DNA of 64,000 nucleotides from an uncultured Gammaproteobacteria bacterium (GTDB lineage Bacteria; Pseudomonadota; Gammaproteobacteria; Xanthomonadales; Xanthomonadaceae): NCBI GenBank assembly GCA_963710825.1, contig CAVQBQ010000005.1, positions 769,504 to 833,503 of the forward strand, read 5' to 3'. Shown piece by piece: positions 60,346 to 64,000 of this stretch (position 1 is its first letter; each line of letters starts with the position of its first letter). The notes under the pieces were generated by a model. It saw only the letters and a program-made list of their open reading frames with translations, ran no database searches and was not told where the DNA came from. The position numbers and the translations under genes were made by a program.

Positions 60346-61928
60346 TGGCGGAAATGCCGCACGCCGGTGAATACCATCGCCAAACCATGCTCGTCGGCTG
60401 CGGCGATGACTTCGTTGTCGCGCATCGAGCCGCCAGGCTGGATCACGGCGGCAATCCCTGCCGCGGCCGCGGCATCGATGCCGTCACGGAACGGGAAGAA
60501 GGCATCGCTGGCCATGACCGAACCCGGCACCGTCAACCCGGCTTCTTCCGCCTTGAGGGCTGCGATCCTTGCCGACACCACGCGGCTCATCTGTCCGGCG
60601 CCGATGCCGATGGTGCGCTGTTCGCGGGCATAGACGATGGCATTGGATTTGACGAACTTGGCGATCCGCCAGGCGAACAGCAGGTCGTCCAGCTGGGCGT
60701 CGGTCGGGGCGACCTTGGTCACGACCTGCAACTCTTCGCGCGCCACTTCCCGATTGTCGCAGGTCTGCATCAGCAACCCAGAGCCCACGCGCTTGACGTC
60801 GATATTGTTGCGGCCCTCGCCGTGCGGGATCCGCAGTACGCGGACGTTGGCCTTGTTCTTCGCGTAGTCGAGTGCGTCGGCGTCGTATTCCGGGGCGATC
60901 AGCACCTCGACGAACTGGCGGTCGAGGATGGTCTGCGTCGTGCGCGCATCAAGTCGGGTATTGAATGCGATGATCCCGCCGAACGCCGAGGTCGGGTCGG
61001 TGGCATGCGCCGCTTCGTAGGCATCGCCGCTATTGGCGGCCTGGGCAACGCCGCAAGGATTGGCATGCTTGACGATCACGCACGCGGGTGCATCGAACTG
61101 GCGCACGCATTCCCAGGCGGCATCGGCATCGGCCAGGTTGTTGTAGCTCAGCGCCTTGCCCTGCAACTGGCTGAATGTCGCCAACGTCCCGGGCACCGGA
61201 AACAGGTCGCGGTAGAACGCGCCTTGCTGGTGCGGGTTTTCGCCGTATCGCAGGTCCATCACCTTGACGAAGTTGCTGTTGTTCTGTGCCGGGAAAAGTT
61301 GCTGCTTACCGGCATCGTCCAACGACGACAGGTAGTTGCTGATGGATGCGTCGTACTGCGCGACGCGGTTGAACGCGGCGACCGACAGCGAGAAACGTGT
61401 TTGCGCCGATAACGCGCCTTGGTTGGACTGCATCTGCGCGATGATCTCGCCGTATTGCGCCGGGTCGGTGGCGACGGCGACGCGCGCGAAGTTCTTGGCC
61501 GCGGAGCGCAGCATCGCCGGGCCGCCGATGTCGATGTTCTCGATGATCTGCGCCATCGAACTGCCGGGATCAGCCGACACGCGCTCGAACGGATACAGGT
61601 TGAGCACCAGCAGGTCGATCTGCTCGATCCCGTGTTGCGACATCACCGCATCGTCGATCCCAGCGCGGCCGAGCAGGCCGCCATGGACGACCGGATGCAG
61701 GGTCTTGACCCGGCCATCCATCATTTCCGGGAAGCCGGTGGCGTGGCTGACGTCTTCGACCGGCAGCCCGGCATCGCGGATCGCCTTGGCGGTGCCGCCG
61801 GTGGAAACCAGCGCTACGCCATGGCCAGCCAGTGCGCGGGCCAGTTCGACCAGCCCGGTCTTGTCGGAAACGGATAACAGCGCGCGGCGGATCTTCACCG
61901 GTGCGGCGGACGGGGTATCGGTGGACAT
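60342..61928 (-). CDS. purH: Bifunctional AICAR transformylase / IMP cyclohydrolase
   Basis: 528 aa. N-terminal MGS-like IMPCH ([18 protein letters not shown]) and C-terminal AICARFT. Confidence 0.92.
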
Positions 61929-61994
61929 GGACGGCCAGGGCTGCGGGGAAGGCGCGAATTATAGCCGTGCAGCGCGCCTGGAGCCGGGCTGCAC

Positions 61995-62236
61995 TTGTAG
62001 GAGCGGCTTCAGCCGCGATCGTTCGATATTGCTTTTCGCGGTTGTAGGAGCGGCTTCAGCCGCGAGCTCTTGATCCTGTCGTTGCTTTTGCAGGAGTGGT
62101 GGCGGCATGCCGCCACCGGTTAGTCACGACCAGGTTGTCAGGCGAAGCATCGCGACTTGCGTCGCTCCTGCATAGAGCAACAGCAAGGGCAGGATCAAAC
62201 GCTCGCGGCTGAAGCCGCTCCTACGAAGGGCGGGGC
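61995..62236. repeat. REP-like element cluster I (two tandem outer arms, core palindrome GGTGGCGGCATGCCGCCACC, inner arm, closing outer arm)
   Basis: Direct reading. Confidence 0.85.
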
Positions 62237-62248
62237 AGGGCCGTGGAG

Positions 62249-62518
62249 TCAGCCCATGCCGTAATCGCGCAGCTTCTTGCGCAAGGTCGCACGATGGATG
62301 CCCAACATCGCGGCGGCGCGGCTCTGGTTGCCGTCGCAGTGGTTCAGCACTTCGGCGAACAACGGAATTTCAAGTTCGCGCAGCGCGATCTGGTAGAGCT
62401 CGTCGGTGCCGCAGCCGTTGAGGTCACTGAGGTAACGGCGCACGGAGTTGGCGACGTGGTCGCGCAGGGGCGGGCGCGGTCCGGTGCGTGTGGAGTCGGT
62501 TCGGTCGGCGGCGTTCAA
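62249..62518 (-). CDS. fis: DNA-binding protein Fis
   Basis: 89 aa. ...[19 protein letters not shown]...[48 protein letters not shown] is the canonical Fis HTH. Lies upstream of purH-purD. Confidence 0.88.
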   Translation of the reverse strand: MNAADRTDSTRTGPRPPLRDHVANSVRRYLSDLNGCGTDELYQIALRELEIPLFAEVLNHCDGNQSRAAAMLGIHRATLRKKLRDYGMG

Positions 62519-62679
62519 TCGTGTCCCCTGCGAGGTGCCCTGTCGACACTGCCTTGCAGGCGCTGCCCCGGGTTTGATTTCACCGCCGGACGATCACGGC
62601 GGGGGGACGAGTCTAGCGCGCAGTCGCCGCGCATGCCAACGGGCTGGTCGGGACTCCGGCCGTACCATTGCATGGACGC

Positions 62680-63951
62680 TTACTCGAAGTCGAAGGTGAA
62701 TGCGACGATGCGCGGCGTCGGCTCGACGATGTCCATCGTGATCGTCGTGCTGTGTCCGCTTGCCAGCATCGTTTGCGTTTGTGCCGTCTTGTGCCCCGCG
62801 CCATCGAGATAGTCCCTGGGCATGAACGTGCGTGCAGCGGCGGTGTGTCCGTCGATGTCCGACAACGTGACCAGCACGCCGGGTAGCGGTTGTGCCCAGC
62901 GCGCATCGTTGCGGAACGTCGCGGTGACTCGCAGCGCGCTGGCGATCGACGGATGCGGACGCACGTCGCGTTGCAGCAACGTAAACGCGGCAGGTTCGCG
63001 CCAGGGTGGCAGCGTGCAATGCAGGACATGGCACAACGTCGACATTGCTGGACGCCACTGAGCATCCGAGGCCAGCCGTGCGCGGTCGGCGAGCACCAGC
63101 TGCAAGGCCAGGACCAGTGCCAAACCACCGATCGCCGCCGCCTTCAATCGCGGGCGGCGCGGGGTGACACCGCTGACCGCAGCCGGACGACGGACGAAAC
63201 TCGGAGTGGGCTTGGCAGGGCTGGGAGGTTTGCCAGGCGCAGGGACGGTGCCAGGCGGGGCAGCGTCCGCCAGCGGTCCCAGGCAGGGATCCGCGGCCGG
63301 AAGACCGGGTGGTGCAGAGGCCTCGGGTGCCGTGTCCGCTGGCAGGTCGGCGACGGCATCTTCAGGGTGGGCCGACACACCATCCAACGCTGCTTCATTT
63401 TCGATGGACGCCGGATCCACCATCGCCTCGATCAGGGCGTCGGTGGATTCGGTTGCAGTGGCATGGGATGTTTTTTCGTTGAGTGCCTGCTCATCGACGG
63501 GTTGCTCATCGACGGCCTGCTCATCGACGGCCTGGTCATCAACGGCCTGGTCGTCGAGGGTCGATGTCTCGTAAGCGGGCGCGCCGTGGGCTTGCCCACG
63601 CGACGTGGCGTCGTCGTCCCCGACACGCCGGGTCGTGCTGGCATCCCCTGCCACTGCGTCATCCTGCGGCGGCAGTGCATGCAGGGGAACGGTCGATGCA
63701 GGGGTTGTCGATTCGGCCGCTGGTTCTGGAGGTTGCTCGACCCGATGCTCGACCGGCGGGTCGGGCACTCCGGGCCCGTCGGCATCCATGGTGGCATCCG
63801 TTGCCCTGTCCGCATCATCCACCGGTGGCAACGCGGCGCTGGGGTCGTCTGCCCGCATGGGCTCGGCACACCGCGGGCAAAGCGTTGGCGGCTGGCCGCT
63901 GACGGGATCGGTGGTCACCAGGAACTGGCAGTGCGGGCAAAGGACAAACAT
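62680..63951 (-). CDS. Zinc-ribbon (MJ0042-type) + DUF3426 membrane-associated protein with a long Pro/Ala/Asp-rich linker
   Basis: MFVLCPHCQFLVTTDPVSGQPPTLCPRCAEP is a C4 zinc ribbon. It has a TM helix (AAIGGLALVLALQLVLA) and a C-terminal DUF3426-like beta domain. Confidence 0.6.
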   Translation of the reverse strand: MFVLCPHCQFLVTTDPVSGQPPTLCPRCAEPMRADDPSAALPPVDDADRATDATMDADGPGVPDPPVEHRVEQPPEPAAESTTPASTVPLHALPPQDDAVAGDASTTRRVGDDDATSRGQAHGAPAYETSTLDDQAVDDQAVDEQAVDEQPVDEQALNEKTSHATATESTDALIEAMVDPASIENEAALDGVSAHPEDAVADLPADTAPEASAPPGLPAADPCLGPLADAAPPGTVPAPGKPPSPAKPTPSFVRRPAAVSGVTPRRPRLKAAAIGGLALVLALQLVLADRARLASDAQWRPAMSTLCHVLHCTLPPWREPAAFTLLQRDVRPHPSIASALRVTATFRNDARWAQPLPGVLVTLSDIDGHTAAARTFMPRDYLDGAGHKTAQTQTMLASGHSTTITMDIVEPTPRIVAFTFDFE

Positions 63952-64000
63952 GTCGCGAGTTTACGGGCTGGCGCGCCTGCGTCCACCGCTGGAGTGGCCT

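Noticed and set aside
62680-63128. Possibility that dusB precedes fis, as in many gammaproteobacteria
   Set aside because: The gene upstream of fis encodes a zinc-ribbon/DUF3426 protein with no TIM-barrel dihydrouridine synthase motifs. dusB is not in this window.

Overview
High-GC (~67%) gammaproteobacterial chromosomal window. Gene content and synteny suggest a Xanthomonadales/Rhodanobacteraceae-like genome; this is inferred from sequence only, with no database search.

The backbone is housekeeping: the end of the atp operon (atpD partial, atpC), glmU, glmS, bioD, erpA, nudC, rppH, bfd-bfr, purD-purH-fis, queD, a phasin and an RND pump.

Accessory content, in order along the window:
(1) glmU and glmS are normally adjacent. 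Here they are separated by a ~8.5 kb minus-strand block: HlyD adaptor, ABC ATPase, two FtsX-type permeases, then a sigma54-dependent response regulator and its PAS histidine kinase. A clean -24/-12 sigma54 promoter and an upstream palindrome sit in front of the HlyD gene. The block is bracketed by nested REP-like palindromic repeat clusters.
(2) A TonB-dependent receptor is preceded by a clear cobalamin (B12) riboswitch, so it is called BtuB-like. Further upstream is a structured noncoding region with two adjacent heptanucleotide microsatellites.
(3) The main finding is an ~11.6 kb, eight-gene, co-directional and translationally coupled cluster at 28910-40500 (+). It combines a YjfI-like DUF2170 protein with an N-terminal extension, a PspA/IM30-family protein, a YqiJ-like NfeD membrane protein, a YqiK-like flotillin, a 1787-aa multidomain protein with an internal AAA+ ATPase core (Walker A GYGKTT, Walker B LYIDDIQH), two tandem TelA-like coiled-coil proteins, and a small TerB-like protein. 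It ends at a bidirectional terminator and a tRNA-Met gene. I do not recognise this combination as a described system.
(4) Downstream of the tRNA lies a frameshifted DUF2235 (Tle1-like alpha/beta-hydrolase, T6SS-lipase-effector family) gene with an adjacent lipoprotein gene.
(5) A Fur-box-controlled bfd-bfr pair sits next to a hybrid HK/REC/Hpt sensor and a REC-GGDEF(degenerate)-EAL protein.
(6) nudC appears frameshifted inside a 15-nt tandem repeat. A CD225/dispanin + DUF2752 gene pair carries an 18-nt tandem repeat.
(7) At least nine clusters of a nested-palindrome REP-like element family fill the intergenic regions. Two contain (AAGATC)n hexanucleotide microsatellites.

No transposase, integrase or CRISPR array was seen. 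Many six-frame ORFs in the track are high-GC antisense or alternative-frame artefacts and were not called.
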